From: Clostridia bacterium
GTDB lineage: Bacteria; Bacillota; Clostridia; TANB77; CAG-508
Direction of reading: 5' to 3'
DNA length: 64,000 nt
Assembly: GCA_022797145.1 (NCBI GenBank)
Contig: JAAWKA010000005.1
Coordinates: forward strand, 15,874-79,873
A program made the position numbers and the translations under genes. The notes beneath the pieces were generated by a model that worked only from the letters and a program-made list of their open reading frames with translations, ran no database searches and was not told the origin of the DNA. Positions 12,105 to 22,696 of this stretch are shown here, piece by piece. Position 1 is the stretch's first letter, and each line of letters opens with the position of its first letter.

Positions 12105-12448
12105 TTACTTTTCCTCCAATTGTTTTTTTAGTATTTTATTTATTAATTCAGTCAATTCTGGAATTTTATATATTCTATGATAACCATCAAAATGATTATA
12201 ATATTTTAAATATATACCAACTGAATTTGTATCTTTTATAAATCTTTTAAACATTTCTTCCTTTGGTTCATCTTCCTCTGAATATAAACAGTATTTAACT
12301 TCTACTTTCTCTTTTATAAAATTTAATTGTTCTTTTTTACAATATGCTTGTTCTTTAACTTTTACTATATAATCATTTCTATTGCCAGGTCTGAACAAGA
12401 ACTAGATTCCTTTGTATGTAAATGTAGTTCTGTTAAATATTTATTCAT
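12105..12448 (-). pseudogene. Chimeric remnant: PHP-domain N-terminus followed by an unrelated fragment
   Basis: Coupled start reads MNKYLTELHLHTKESSSCS then stops; ORF 12105..12398 is in another frame. Confidence 0.45.
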
Positions 12449-12914
12449 CTACTTCATCCTCCTTAATTTCTCTTTTCATAATTAATTCATCATGTACAAA
12501 ACCTTGTCCTTGATATATTCTTATTGCCTCTGGATTATTACTCGAAAGTTTTAATTCAATAATATTATTTTTCTTTGAAAATTTAATACATTCTTTTATT
12601 AAGTTAGTTTGTATTCCTTTTCTTCTATATTCATTCAATGTAAATACATCACATATATATCCCTCAATTCCACTTTCTACACATTGTGGCATATATTTTA
12701 TTACTTGTAATCCACAAGTTGCAACTATTTTATTTTCTATAATCTCTATAAAAAAGATTATATCTTTGTTTAAATGTTCTTCCAAATAGTTCTTTGTTGT
12801 CATATAAAATTCTTCATCTTTATTTGGATATAATTCTTTCCAATCATCTTTTTGTTGCATTACTCTTAATTTTGATATTTCTTCTATATCTTCATATTTT
12901 GCTATTCTAAACAT
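12441..12914 (-). CDS. GNAT acetyltransferase
   Basis: Motif A VFTLNEYRRKGIQTNL and AIRIYQGQGF. Confidence 0.88.
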   Translation of the reverse strand: MFRIAKYEDIEEISKLRVMQQKDDWKELYPNKDEEFYMTTKNYLEEHLNKDIIFFIEIIENKIVATCGLQVIKYMPQCVESGIEGYICDVFTLNEYRRKGIQTNLIKECIKFSKKNNIIELKLSSNNPEAIRIYQGQGFVHDELIMKREIKEDEVDE

Positions 12915-13166
12915 AAATTTCTCCTAAACTAATATTGATTATGCTAAAATCTTACCATAAAATAAAGCATATAACAAATAATTTATTACATACTTTATCT
13001 TTCAAGTTTTATCTCCAAACATTCTATTTTTTATTATAAAATTATACTACTTCGCACACCATATCAACTTCTATCGTTACCTTAATTTTATTATTTTCTA
13101 CTCTTTTAACCTTATTTTTGCCTTTTCTCTCAAAGCTAACAAAATCCTCAAAAGCAGTAAACTGGG

Positions 13167-13650
13167 CTATTGTATCGTATCTTTTAGATATAGTACCGAG
13201 CAACACTCCACGTGACTTGTATATGGAAACATATCTATAGGTATTATTTCTTTTATATAATATTTATCTTCAAACTTTTTCAAATCTCTTATTAATGTTC
13301 TAGGATTGCAACTTATATATATTAATCTTGAAATTTCCATTTTTAATATGATTTGTATTGTATTATCATCAATACCTTTTCTAGGTGGATCCAAAAATAC
13401 TATTGAAGGTTTAACATTCTTTTTTAATATTATTTTTTCAAATATATTTTTAACATCCCCACATAAAAAATTAATATTATTTATATTATTTATTTTAGCA
13501 TTCTCTTTTGCATCTTCTATTGCTTCTTCTAAAATTTCAATACCATATACTTCTTTTACATATCTTGAAACAAATATTGCAATAGTTCCTATCCCACAAT
13601 ACAAATCTACTGCTACATCTTCTTTTGTAAGTTTTGCCATTTTTACTGTC
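13167..13650 (-). pseudogene. rlmD: 3' portion of 23S rRNA m5U1939 methyltransferase, cut off from its 5' part by the ICE
   Basis: DLYCGIGTI, LDPPRKG, YISCNPRTL, DMFPYTSHVEC; TRAM/Fe-S N-terminal two-thirds absent. Confidence 0.88.
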
Positions 13651-13790
13651 CTGACATTTCTTCTTCCTCCTTTTTAATTTTTCTATCTATTTTCAAGGCT
13701 TTCGAGCCTCTAACCACTTGATTTGCTCATTTTTTTGCTTTGTTGAACTTTGTTGATTTTAGTGGGTTTTGGTAGTTCTGTGTTGAAACG

Positions 13791-13823
13791 ATTGCACCAA
13801 AATTGCACCAAAATTGCTCCAAA
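13791..13823. repeat. 3x 11-bp tandem repeat ATTGC(A/T)CCAAA, probable integrase arm-binding sites
   Basis: ATTGCACCAAA ATTGCACCAAA ATTGCTCCAAA about 140 bp inside the element end. Confidence 0.65.
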
Positions 13824-14011
13824 AAATATTATGTCAAATTGTTTTTTCATTTTTGATAAACATTCGTTTCATACATTTCAATGTGCTTTTTATAATTTTC
13901 GTTTTTTATTGTATCATATTATTTTTTATTTGTGTAGTCTTTTTACAAATAAAATTTGTATTTTACTAATTCTAGTTGTATGAGGGCATCTAAATTTACA
14001 TTATTTTATGT

Positions 14012-14635
14012 TTACTGTTCTTCTTCATCATTTTCTTTTTTTAAGTCTTCTGCAATTTCTTCTTCAATGCTTTTATTTATTTCATCTTCCATTCCTAATA
14101 ATATCATATCATTATAAGATATATAAAAATCCCATTCATTATTTTTTCCATTAAATAATCCTAAATCTCTTATATCCTCCAATATGAAATCTTTTACAAA
14201 TGCTTCATAAAAATCTTCATATGTATCATATTCATAAACAGATTCTTCACCATTTAAATATTCTTTATAATTTTGAAGATTTATCTTCTTTTCATATTTT
14301 AAGTCTATAGCTTCATCTCTAATATAAGCATGAACGATTGAGTTATTATTTTGAGGACTTTGAAACAATACTTGTGTATCCATTGTTTTTATATAATTCT
14401 CGCAAATTCTTTTATAAAACAGTTCTCTAATATCTATTATTTCTTTTTTTTCTATCCAACTTGAAAGAACTTTTATTTCTGTATCTTTATATTTTCTTTT
14501 AAATCTTTCTAAATTTGAAATTACAACATCTTTATCAAAATATGTATAAATTGAAACAATAAAAGGCTTTTCATTAGGACTTTGGCATACTGCTAAAGCA
14601 TTATAATTCATTTTCTTCTTCCTCCTCATTTTCAT
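14012..14635 (-). CDS. Hypothetical, acidic C-terminal tail (likely start MNYNAL)
   Basis: Ends KENDEEEQ; last gene of the array. Confidence 0.75.
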   Translation of the reverse strand: MKMRRKKKMNYNALAVCQSPNEKPFIVSIYTYFDKDVVISNLERFKRKYKDTEIKVLSSWIEKKEIIDIRELFYKRICENYIKTMDTQVLFQSPQNNNSIVHAYIRDEAIDLKYEKKINLQNYKEYLNGEESVYEYDTYEDFYEAFVKDFILEDIRDLGLFNGKNNEWDFYISYNDMILLGMEDEINKSIEEEIAEDLKKENDEEEQ

Positions 14636-14939
14636 TATTCAAATTAGTTTCCTCCTGTTCTGCTGAAAACTGATATGGATTGAAGTATCCTTCTTGATAA
14701 TTATCTACTAATTTAATTAATTCTTGTTTAGACATATTACATATAGATCTCATCCAATGATTTGCAAGTAATGTTGCATTACCACAGTTTTCTCTACTAT
14801 CTCTTAATATTTTTATATCAGCTTTAAATTTTTCATATCCTTTGCAATCTTTTACGAGCATCATTTTTCTACTTAAAATTTTTGAAAATTCTTTATATTT
14901 CATACCATATGTTACATCTTTATATTCTTTCTTCTTCAT
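14601..14939 (-). CDS. Hypothetical, acidic tail
   Basis: Ends ENEEEEENEL. Confidence 0.75.
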   Translation of the reverse strand: MKKKEYKDVTYGMKYKEFSKILSRKMMLVKDCKGYEKFKADIKILRDSRENCGNATLLANHWMRSICNMSKQELIKLVDNYQEGYFNPYQFSAEQEETNLNNENEEEEENEL

Positions 14940-14950
14940 ACTTTCACATC

Positions 14951-15517
14951 CTAATCTTCTTGTAATTCAATTTCATCTTCTTCAGTTATATCTCTTGTGA
15001 TATATTTTTCATAAAATGTTAGTTTTAAAATTTCTAATTGCCTTTCATCATCATAATCATATTCCTTGCATATTTCTTTATAATTCTTATATAATTCTGG
15101 CTTTTTATCACAATGAGTTCTAAATTCTAATTTTTGAGATATTCTTTCCATTTCATTTATTAAAATATTTTGAGGATATTTATTCTTTAGACTACTGCAA
15201 GCAACATACATTCCATCACTTTTTACTTCTTTTTCAAACAGTTCAATATCTTCATTTGAAATATCATCATTTTCTTGTACTATAAGTGCTTTTGCAAACA
15301 ATTTAAAACCTTCATTTTTTGATTTGTATAACTCTTTTTGATAATTTACAACTTCAAGTTCATTCTTATTTTTTATAATATTTTCTGCATCTTCTTTTTC
15401 ATATCTTTTAGCATTTTTTATATCAAAAGTGTACATATCAGTTTTGCTTTCTAAACTTTTTATGTATGCTTGTGAATCTTTAAACTTAATAATATATTCT
15501 TTTTTCATTATAATCAC
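14951..15517 (-). CDS. Hypothetical, acidic tail
   Basis: Ends EEDEIELQED. Confidence 0.75.
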   Translation of the reverse strand: MIIMKKEYIIKFKDSQAYIKSLESKTDMYTFDIKNAKRYEKEDAENIIKNKNELEVVNYQKELYKSKNEGFKLFAKALIVQENDDISNEDIELFEKEVKSDGMYVACSSLKNKYPQNILINEMERISQKLEFRTHCDKKPELYKNYKEICKEYDYDDERQLEILKLTFYEKYITRDITEEDEIELQED

Positions 15518-15532
15518 TTCATTATTCTAAAT

Positions 15533-16003
15533 TTATTCCATTTCTTCCTCTTCTTGATTCTCTTTTATATAATCCTCCAACCAATCTTTCAAAATTTGTT
15601 TTATCTCTTCTTTATTTCCTCCTATTTCATCTATCCCATAATATACTTCACTATCACAATTTAAATAATCATCTTCTCCATTCTCCATTTCCTCATAATA
15701 GCATATTTCAAGCCAATTATTATGAATAACATTATACTTATTTTGAAATGTTCCATCTTCAATAGCTTTTTTTAACTCATCATCATATAAAGGGATTTCT
15801 ATGCCTTTTTTATTTTCAATCTCTACTTCTCCATTGACTTCAATAGTTATTAAGTATCCATTTTTCCTAAAACTAGAAATTATTTCATTATCTTTTAATA
15901 AAAGTTTATCACCTGTATAGTCTTCTAAATTATCTACTATTTTAAATATTTCTTTATTCTTTTCCATCGTTTTTTTACCTTTCTTCAGTCTCTTCATCTT
16001 CAC
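15533..16003 (-). CDS. Hypothetical, acidic tail (likely start MEKNKE)
   Basis: Ends QEEEEME. Confidence 0.75.
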   Translation of the reverse strand: MKMKRLKKGKKTMEKNKEIFKIVDNLEDYTGDKLLLKDNEIISSFRKNGYLITIEVNGEVEIENKKGIEIPLYDDELKKAIEDGTFQNKYNVIHNNWLEICYYEEMENGEDDYLNCDSEVYYGIDEIGGNKEEIKQILKDWLEDYIKENQEEEEME

Positions 16004-16604
16004 ACATATATGGTGGCTTATTTATATGTGTTTGATCTACATTTTTATTTTTAAAGCAGTTTCCTTTATAAATCCAATGTGCAGCTTCTTTTTCAAAAGT
16101 TGTATATGTTTCTTTCCATTTGTTATCTTCAGTATCAAATCTTTCACCATATGGTTCTCCTGCTTGTATAAATGTTTCATAATGTGTTACTGGTGGTACT
16201 GAATTTAGAAAGTCATTTACTATATCTTCACTTACGAGGTCTCCTGCTTTGAAAAAATCATCAAAATATGTTGTTTTTGAATTATGCCAATCTGTCATTG
16301 TTTTTGTTTTTACATATAAATCATACTCACTCTTCGCCATATCATAATTATCAAATATACGAAAAGAATATCCTTTATCAGTTTCTTTCTTAGAAATATA
16401 AAAGCATGTAGTTTCTTCTATTTTTAATTTATTTAATGTTATATCCTTTTTTTCTTCTAATTCTAACACTTCTTTATTCTGCAAAATATTAAAAACATCT
16501 TCTTGTATATCAAAAAGGTCTCTCTCTAAATCTAATTTAAATATAGATGCTATTTCACCTTTAAAATCATTCTCATCTAATTCTACATATTTATAGTAAT
16601 CCAT
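15975..16604 (-). CDS. Hypothetical phage/ICE-type protein, acidic tail
   Basis: GDLV...PP...QAGEPY...TYTTF...WIYKGNCF module; ends EDEETEER. Confidence 0.75.
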   Translation of the reverse strand: MDYYKYVELDENDFKGEIASIFKLDLERDLFDIQEDVFNILQNKEVLELEEKKDITLNKLKIEETTCFYISKKETDKGYSFRIFDNYDMAKSEYDLYVKTKTMTDWHNSKTTYFDDFFKAGDLVSEDIVNDFLNSVPPVTHYETFIQAGEPYGERFDTEDNKWKETYTTFEKEAAHWIYKGNCFKNKNVDQTHINKPPYMCEDEETEER

Positions 16605-16926
16605 TTTCTTCCTCCTCTATTTGTGCTAATCTATCTAATTTGTTGCAATGTTTTAAGTAATTTTCTTTTAAATTTTCCATGCTTTTTTCTATTGCTTCTT
16701 CATAATACTTCAGTCCTTCTTTGATATTAGATATAGTTTCCTTATCATCCTTGTATTTTTTTAAATTTTGTTTTCCACCTTCTATAAGTTCTAAATTTTG
16801 TAATATATAATTAACTTGATCCATTGTATCAGCCATATATACATATTCATCTGTTTCAAACTGAAATTGTAGTCTTGGAATATTAGTATATATTTGTAAT
16901 TTTTTCAATATCTCCTCTAATTTCAT
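16591..16926 (-). CDS. Hypothetical, acidic tail
   Basis: Ends IEEEENGLL. Confidence 0.7.
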   Translation of the reverse strand: MKLEEILKKLQIYTNIPRLQFQFETDEYVYMADTMDQVNYILQNLELIEGGKQNLKKYKDDKETISNIKEGLKYYEEAIEKSMENLKENYLKHCNKLDRLAQIEEEENGLL

Positions 16927-16928
16927 AT

Positions 16929-17120
16929 CTAATCTCTTTCTTGTTCATCTTCTAGTTCACTATAATTTTTTTCAAACTCAATACCTAATTCATTCATTTC
17001 TTCTTTTGTTAAACCTATTATTTTTGTAAATGCAATGTACTCATCTTCTTCTGTACTACAATGTTCAGAAACATAACCCACTAGTTTATTAAATATTTCT
17101 TCTTTTCTTTTTTGTTCCAT
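16929..17120 (-). CDS. Small hypothetical, acidic tail
   Basis: IGLTKEEMNELG motif; ends EDEQERD. Confidence 0.7.
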   Translation of the reverse strand: MEQKRKEEIFNKLVGYVSEHCSTEEDEYIAFTKIIGLTKEEMNELGIEFEKNYSELEDEQERD

Positions 17121-17125
17121 TTGTT

Positions 17126-17920
17126 TTACCTCTCTTCTTCTAAATTTTCTGATAATGCTTCTAACATAGCTCGTATATTTTTATCTATCATATTTAATTC
17201 TTCTTCTAAACTCATATTATCTTTCAATTCTGAAAAACATTTTTCTGACAATTTGAGTAAATTATTATTTAGAAAATCAAACTCATTCTGTTTTAACCAT
17301 CCATCTTGTAAATATTCATCTAGTTTATTTTTAATAAATTCATCATAATTTTTCTTATCATTAATACAATCATTTATTTCATTTTCTAAAATATTACCCT
17401 TTATTTGTTCATAAAGAATTTCCTTTGTTATTTGCTTCTTATTTAATATTTCATCAATCCCTTCATCATCTCGTAAAATTTCAATTATTTGTTTCTGCAT
17501 TTCTTCTAGTTTTTCATAATCTCTAAATACCCATTCTCCATATCCTAATTCAAACATTAGATTTGCCAATCTTATTGAGTGCTTTTCTCCAACTTCTTTT
17601 ATGGTTATGTACTTTATATCTTCTGAATCTTTTTGTTTATTGTAGAATGTTTCTATTCTATTCTTTGCAAACTCTATTCCATCTTGCCATAGAGATAGGT
17701 TTCTTTTAAAAATTATATGTTGTTCTTCTTCATATCTTAATATGTCATCTACTGTAATTTCTTTAATTTTTTCTGTATTTATATAATCTATTTTTTCTTG
17801 CTCACTTTTGGTTACAATTCCTTGCATCCAATTTTGTACACATCTTTTAGCTTGTTCATATGTTACATCTTTCCAACCATTAAATAAGGTTTTTATTTGT
17901 ATTTTTCTTATTTTATCCAT
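17126..17920 (-). CDS. Hypothetical, acidic tail
   Basis: Ends ENLEEER. Confidence 0.75.
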   Translation of the reverse strand: MDKIRKIQIKTLFNGWKDVTYEQAKRCVQNWMQGIVTKSEQEKIDYINTEKIKEITVDDILRYEEEQHIIFKRNLSLWQDGIEFAKNRIETFYNKQKDSEDIKYITIKEVGEKHSIRLANLMFELGYGEWVFRDYEKLEEMQKQIIEILRDDEGIDEILNKKQITKEILYEQIKGNILENEINDCINDKKNYDEFIKNKLDEYLQDGWLKQNEFDFLNNNLLKLSEKCFSELKDNMSLEEELNMIDKNIRAMLEALSENLEEER

Positions 17921-17922
17921 TG

Positions 17923-18339
17923 TTATATTTCAACCTCATTACTTTCTTCATTTTTATTCTCTGTATTTGAATCAACAAATTTATTTTCTTTATATGCTTC
18001 TAAAAAAGCATCATAGTAGGGTTTTCCTTCATATCCATTAATCATAGCAACTATAATGTTAAGGTATTCATCTTGTGGATCATGACAAGGAATATCAATT
18101 ATATTATCAAGTACATTAAAATTTTCATACACAAAGCCAGATAAGTCTAAAGTTGCTACATTGGTTTTTTCATTATAATTAACTACTTCAACCTTTTCGG
18201 CAATAATCTCTAAAAGCATATTGTAAGAATCTTCTTCATTTAAATTATCATAGTCAATAGAAAAACAACATCCTGGTATTTCAACTTCAGTATCTTCTAT
18301 ATCTACTTCATTCAATTTTAAACTCTTTAATGTATTCAA
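17923..18339 (-). CDS. Hypothetical, acidic
   Basis: Ends EESNEVEI. Confidence 0.72.
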   Translation of the reverse strand: MNTLKSLKLNEVDIEDTEVEIPGCCFSIDYDNLNEEDSYNMLLEIIAEKVEVVNYNEKTNVATLDLSGFVYENFNVLDNIIDIPCHDPQDEYLNIIVAMINGYEGKPYYDAFLEAYKENKFVDSNTENKNEESNEVEI

Positions 18340-18350
18340 ATCTTTACCTC

Positions 18351-18599
18351 CTATGTTTCTCTTTCATTTTCTTCTTCATTTTCAAAAAATTTAAGATGAT
18401 TCTTTTCATCTATATATACAACTAAGGCTTCATATAGACTTTCTGTTGTTAAATTATAATCAGATTTTAAAAAGTCTTCTGCTATTTGTTTACACTTATC
18501 ATAAACAATATCGCATTCTGGATTGGAACTATTTGAGAACTCTTTATTTAATAAATCATAACCTAAAACAAACATTATATAATCTCTATCACTTTCCAA
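18351..18599 (-). CDS. Small hypothetical, acidic tail
   Basis: Ends EEENERET. Confidence 0.7.
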   Translation of the reverse strand: MESDRDYIMFVLGYDLLNKEFSNSSNPECDIVYDKCKQIAEDFLKSDYNLTTESLYEALVVYIDEKNHLKFFENEEENERET

Positions 18600-18600
18600 T

Positions 18601-19566
18601 TTACATTTCCTCCTCTTCTTCCTGATTGTAAAAATTATTAATTAAATCCATGTTCTCTACATATACATTTATAAAATAATTCATCATATAATCTTTTAAA
18701 CTTTCTTCACTTTTCATTATTTCATCATTTATAGGATCACTTGTTAAATTATCTGTTTTACATTCTTTATTATCATACAAATAAGATATAAGATATAATC
18801 TGCCTTCTTCTGATATTAATGCAACATTTAAAGGATTTTCATCAACTTTATCCATTTGCATTGTTATAAGTTCTCCATCAGATTCTAAATCTTTTATATT
18901 AGATTTTTTTAATTTTTCCCAGTCTCGTATTCCATCAAATGAAAAATATAAATTACCAGATAAACTAACTTCAGGTACATTAATATCAATTTTTTCAGTT
19001 GCTTTTACATCTATTTCCTCATAATCTTCATAATCAAATGTTATTTCTCTATCGTTGTATTGTTGCATAGCATTTTCTAAGGCTTCTTCTTTAGAAGTTG
19101 CCTCTATTGTAACAACTGTACTTGCTTTTTCTGTAAGCCTTACATCAAACTTTCTTTTACTATTTCTATATGTTTCAATAGGTTCTATTATTATTTTAAA
19201 ATCTTTTAGGATTTCATCAATATTAGGATTGTAATTTGACATTTCTTCTTGCCATTTATTTAATTTTGCTTTTGCAACATCAATACCAGCTTTAACATAA
19301 TATTTGATAGAAACACTTAAAGCAGCCATTTCAAAATCTCTTAATTTTATTTCTTGATTTAAGTCTTTATACAATTTTAGTAAGTTTTCTCTTTTGCAAG
19401 ATGTCTCATAGATTCTTTTATCATCTGCAACAACATATATCATGTCATTATCTGTATTTTCATTTATTACATGGTCCAATTCTTCTAATGGATAATCCCA
19501 ATTATTTTCTGGTTTATAATATTTTGATTTCAATAATAAATCTTTATTTCCTAATACAAAAATCAT
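18601..19566 (-). CDS. Multidomain protein with internal DpnD/PcfM-like domain, acidic tail
   Basis: KFDVRLTEKASTVVTIEATSKEEALENAMQQYNDREITFDYED; ends QEEEEEM. Confidence 0.75.
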   Translation of the reverse strand: MIFVLGNKDLLLKSKYYKPENNWDYPLEELDHVINENTDNDMIYVVADDKRIYETSCKRENLLKLYKDLNQEIKLRDFEMAALSVSIKYYVKAGIDVAKAKLNKWQEEMSNYNPNIDEILKDFKIIIEPIETYRNSKRKFDVRLTEKASTVVTIEATSKEEALENAMQQYNDREITFDYEDYEEIDVKATEKIDINVPEVSLSGNLYFSFDGIRDWEKLKKSNIKDLESDGELITMQMDKVDENPLNVALISEEGRLYLISYLYDNKECKTDNLTSDPINDEIMKSEESLKDYMMNYFINVYVENMDLINNFYNQEEEEEM

Positions 19567-19639
19567 TTACAAATTCCTCTTTATATAAAATTAAAAGTTA
19601 TAAGTTTATGCGTGTACAAACCTATAACTTCATAATATT

Positions 19640-19685
19640 ATTATAAATACTTGTATTTGAGCTTTCAATTCCCTTTTTATTCCCT
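19640..19685 (-). promoter_or_regulatory. Sigma-A promoter with GGGAA-N6-GGGAA box (P1)
   Basis: AGGGAATAAAAAGGGAA-TTGAAA-17 nt-TATAAT, followed by hairpin at 19593-19631. Confidence 0.75.
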
Positions 19686-20846
19686 AACTTCATCTTCTTC
19701 AGTATCTTCAATTTTAACTCCATATAATTCGGATATTTCACTAATGGTATCTATAATATCTGTTTTAATCTCTTCGTATGACATTTTTTCTTGAAGATGA
19801 TTCATTTCGATTACTTCTAGTTTATCTAAAATTGCTCTTTTTAGTTCAAATGTAAAAAATGTATTTGCTAAATCTAAAGATTCAGCACTAGTTTTTATTT
19901 TAAGTATATCTATTTTTTCCATATTTTTTATAATATCAACTAATTCTTGTGTACTCTCTATTTGGCTATTATCTAATTCATATAGTAAAAAATGTACACC
20001 TTTTGAGTAGTTATGGTCAAAATAGTGCCAAATATCTTCTTTAGTTGTTAGTCCTTTTGTAAAATCCCAATATGTACCATCTAGTATTTCTTCACCCTTT
20101 TTTTCTATAAAGGGTATATCTGTAAGATCCTCCCACTTTTTTTCTAAAAAGCGATCAATATATTTTTGTTCCAACCTAAATTTTAAATTAGATATATTAG
20201 ATACTTTAATAATATTTTTAGATACAAGATAATTTAATTCAGTAATTGAATAATCAGCTAACTCTATATCTTTGTTTAATTCAAATTTATTTCTATTTGT
20301 GTTTAATTGATTTTCAAATGTACTAACAATCTTTTCTTCTAATTCTTTTTTTATCATTGTAGTTCCTTTTATTCTTTGTGTCATTTCATTTAATCCATAT
20401 TTGTCCCATACATATCCTATAATATCATTATACATATAACTGATATTAGTTTTTGGATCATCTATAATATCTCCATATTCCACTTTCCATGTAATAAGAA
20501 TCTCTAATAATTTATCTTTAGTTATTGCATATAATTGTTCAAGTGCTTTATTGTCTCCATTATTCATAAACATGTCAATAACTTCTAGTATTTTAGGATT
20601 ATCTTTTATCCCATTTTCAAGTGCTTTTCTAGCAACTAATAAGTCTAACTTTTCATTTACTATGTATTCATGTATATATTTTTCAGGATTATTTACTTCT
20701 TCTGTTTCTTTATGCAAAACCATATTATCAATTTCATCTATAAAATCTGGATCTGAATAAAATTGTATAAAATATCCCCCTGTATTTTCTCCAACATCAT
20801 CACATGTAGTATAATAAACATCATTATATTTGTTTTCTATTCTCAC
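19677..20846 (-). CDS. Multidomain hypothetical, acidic tail
   Basis: Contains W.DLTDIP...DIWHYFD...GV module; ends EEDEVRE. Confidence 0.75.
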   Translation of the reverse strand: MRIENKYNDVYYTTCDDVGENTGGYFIQFYSDPDFIDEIDNMVLHKETEEVNNPEKYIHEYIVNEKLDLLVARKALENGIKDNPKILEVIDMFMNNGDNKALEQLYAITKDKLLEILITWKVEYGDIIDDPKTNISYMYNDIIGYVWDKYGLNEMTQRIKGTTMIKKELEEKIVSTFENQLNTNRNKFELNKDIELADYSITELNYLVSKNIIKVSNISNLKFRLEQKYIDRFLEKKWEDLTDIPFIEKKGEEILDGTYWDFTKGLTTKEDIWHYFDHNYSKGVHFLLYELDNSQIESTQELVDIIKNMEKIDILKIKTSAESLDLANTFFTFELKRAILDKLEVIEMNHLQEKMSYEEIKTDIIDTISEISELYGVKIEDTEEDEVRE

Positions 20847-21943
20847 ATTTCTTCCTCCTCACTTTCAATATTTTCTATTTCTTCTTTATTATTAAGAAAA
20901 CTATAGTATTTATTTTGAAGGTCTTGGATATATTCCATATCTTTGTATTTCTCGAAAAAGAATTCATTAATTTTGTCTTTATTATATATATTTTCATAAA
21001 TATAATTTAAATTTTTATTAATAGTTCCCACATTAAAATCATTACTTCCAATTACCATATATTCATTGATTTTAGCTGATATTTCTAATGCTTCAATATC
21101 TATTTGTTTTTTATCAAAGACACATTTTTCTAAATAAGTATCATATATTGGAAATAAAGTTTTTTTTCCTATTGTTATTGGTAAATCTAGGTTATGTTCA
21201 AATTCAAAAGTTCGTGGTTCTACTTTCATTATAGAAAATGATTCTCTCTCATTATATAAGATATATTTATTCCCTAGATTACTTTGAAAAGCTACTGGAT
21301 AATTATGATTAAGAGAATATATTAGTTTTAATTTTGTAGGCTCTTTTTCTAAGTTTCTTTTCATTTTAGCAATTTTATTAATATATTCTTCTACTTCTTT
21401 CTTTAACTTATTATCTAATGTAGGTTCTATTTGAAAATCTTCTATTGTTCCTAATCTATAAGATTGTTTGGTTATTATATTTTCCGTTGGGTACATATCA
21501 AGAAAGTATAGATAACTTTCTAATACTTTACTGAAAATTTTTTCACATTTCATAGTTAAATCTTTATAAATAAATTCTCCTTTATTTGCCACATTTATAA
21601 GATATTCTCTATTTAATTCTTCTGGATTGTATAGATATATTTTTCCATCTTTATTTACCATATAAATTTCATCATTATATTCTACATTTTCTTTTTCCTC
21701 TATTGGAAGAATTGTGTCTCCTAAAAAAGAATGATAATAGCTTTGAGATTTATTTGATGCCATTTCAAATTCTTTAAGTGTTTTTACTCCTTCAAATTCC
21801 TGTAAAATTTCATTAAAATTTTTATCACATGAATCTTCAGCTTTTCTAAATTTTACAAACTCTTCCTTATCTCCGTTAAACTCTGGTGTAGAATATAGTT
21901 TATTTTGTTCGTGATCATAAAAATATATTCTTCTTCTTGTCAT
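20843..21943 (-). CDS. Hypothetical, acidic tail
   Basis: N-terminal YSTPEFNGDK motif; ends ESEEEEM. Confidence 0.75.
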   Translation of the reverse strand: MTRRRIYFYDHEQNKLYSTPEFNGDKEEFVKFRKAEDSCDKNFNEILQEFEGVKTLKEFEMASNKSQSYYHSFLGDTILPIEEKENVEYNDEIYMVNKDGKIYLYNPEELNREYLINVANKGEFIYKDLTMKCEKIFSKVLESYLYFLDMYPTENIITKQSYRLGTIEDFQIEPTLDNKLKKEVEEYINKIAKMKRNLEKEPTKLKLIYSLNHNYPVAFQSNLGNKYILYNERESFSIMKVEPRTFEFEHNLDLPITIGKKTLFPIYDTYLEKCVFDKKQIDIEALEISAKINEYMVIGSNDFNVGTINKNLNYIYENIYNKDKINEFFFEKYKDMEYIQDLQNKYYSFLNNKEEIENIESEEEEM

Positions 21944-21970
21944 CTTTGTTATACCTCTTTTCTCTTTTTA

Positions 21971-22678
21971 TTATTGTTCTATTTCTTCGCTATCATCATT
22001 TGATAAAACTCCATCAAATAACACATTATCATAATCTCCAATTTCAACAGCATCAAATAAATCACACAACATACATAAAGCCACTCTATCTTGTTCATCT
22101 GATTCAAATTTGATACCATCATTAAACTCATCTTGTAATCTTTTGCATAAGTCATCTATATTTTTATAATAGGCTTTAAATGCTTCATAAAATTTTTTAT
22201 ACCCTTCTCCTATATTTTCCTTATCTGGATTCAAACTGTATTTATAACTGTGAAAAATTTTATTGATGTCTACTTTTTCTTCTAAATTTAAGACAAATAA
22301 TTCATCTGCTGTAATCTTTGAAATATTATCAGGATAAACATAAATATCATCTTTACTTAATTTAATCGGTTGTAATTTATTTTCTTCATTTCTTTTTTGA
22401 ATTACTGTAACTAAAAGAGATTTATAATTTAAGTCAAAATAACTACAACTAGAATGGTAATTTTCTATTTCTAAGTTATGACCATTTAATTTATTGCATA
22501 AGTCACTCAAACTTTCATTATTTTTATTAGCAACATCAATTATATGTTCTAGTTCTTTTAGTTCATTTTGAGCTAATGTTATTGCTTTCAGTACATCATA
22601 AGGGCTTATTTTTAAGTTGTTTAAATATTCTTCATCTTTCATAGTTTCTATAATTATCTGTTCATTTGTTTTTAACAT
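21971..22678 (-). CDS. Hypothetical, acidic tail
   Basis: Ends DDSEEIEQ. Confidence 0.75.
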   Translation of the reverse strand: MLKTNEQIIIETMKDEEYLNNLKISPYDVLKAITLAQNELKELEHIIDVANKNNESLSDLCNKLNGHNLEIENYHSSCSYFDLNYKSLLVTVIQKRNEENKLQPIKLSKDDIYVYPDNISKITADELFVLNLEEKVDINKIFHSYKYSLNPDKENIGEGYKKFYEAFKAYYKNIDDLCKRLQDEFNDGIKFESDEQDRVALCMLCDLFDAVEIGDYDNVLFDGVLSNDDSEEIEQ

Positions 22679-22696
22679 TTTTATACTCCTATTTTT

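Larger units (their letters stand above)
6300..13160 (-). mobile_element. Accessory/defence island downstream of the rlmD 3' end (boundaries approximate)
   Basis: AbiE, nuclease-NTPase, GNAT and pseudogenes between host genes and rlmD; rlmD 3' ends are known integration hotspots; no recombinase seen. Confidence 0.6.
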
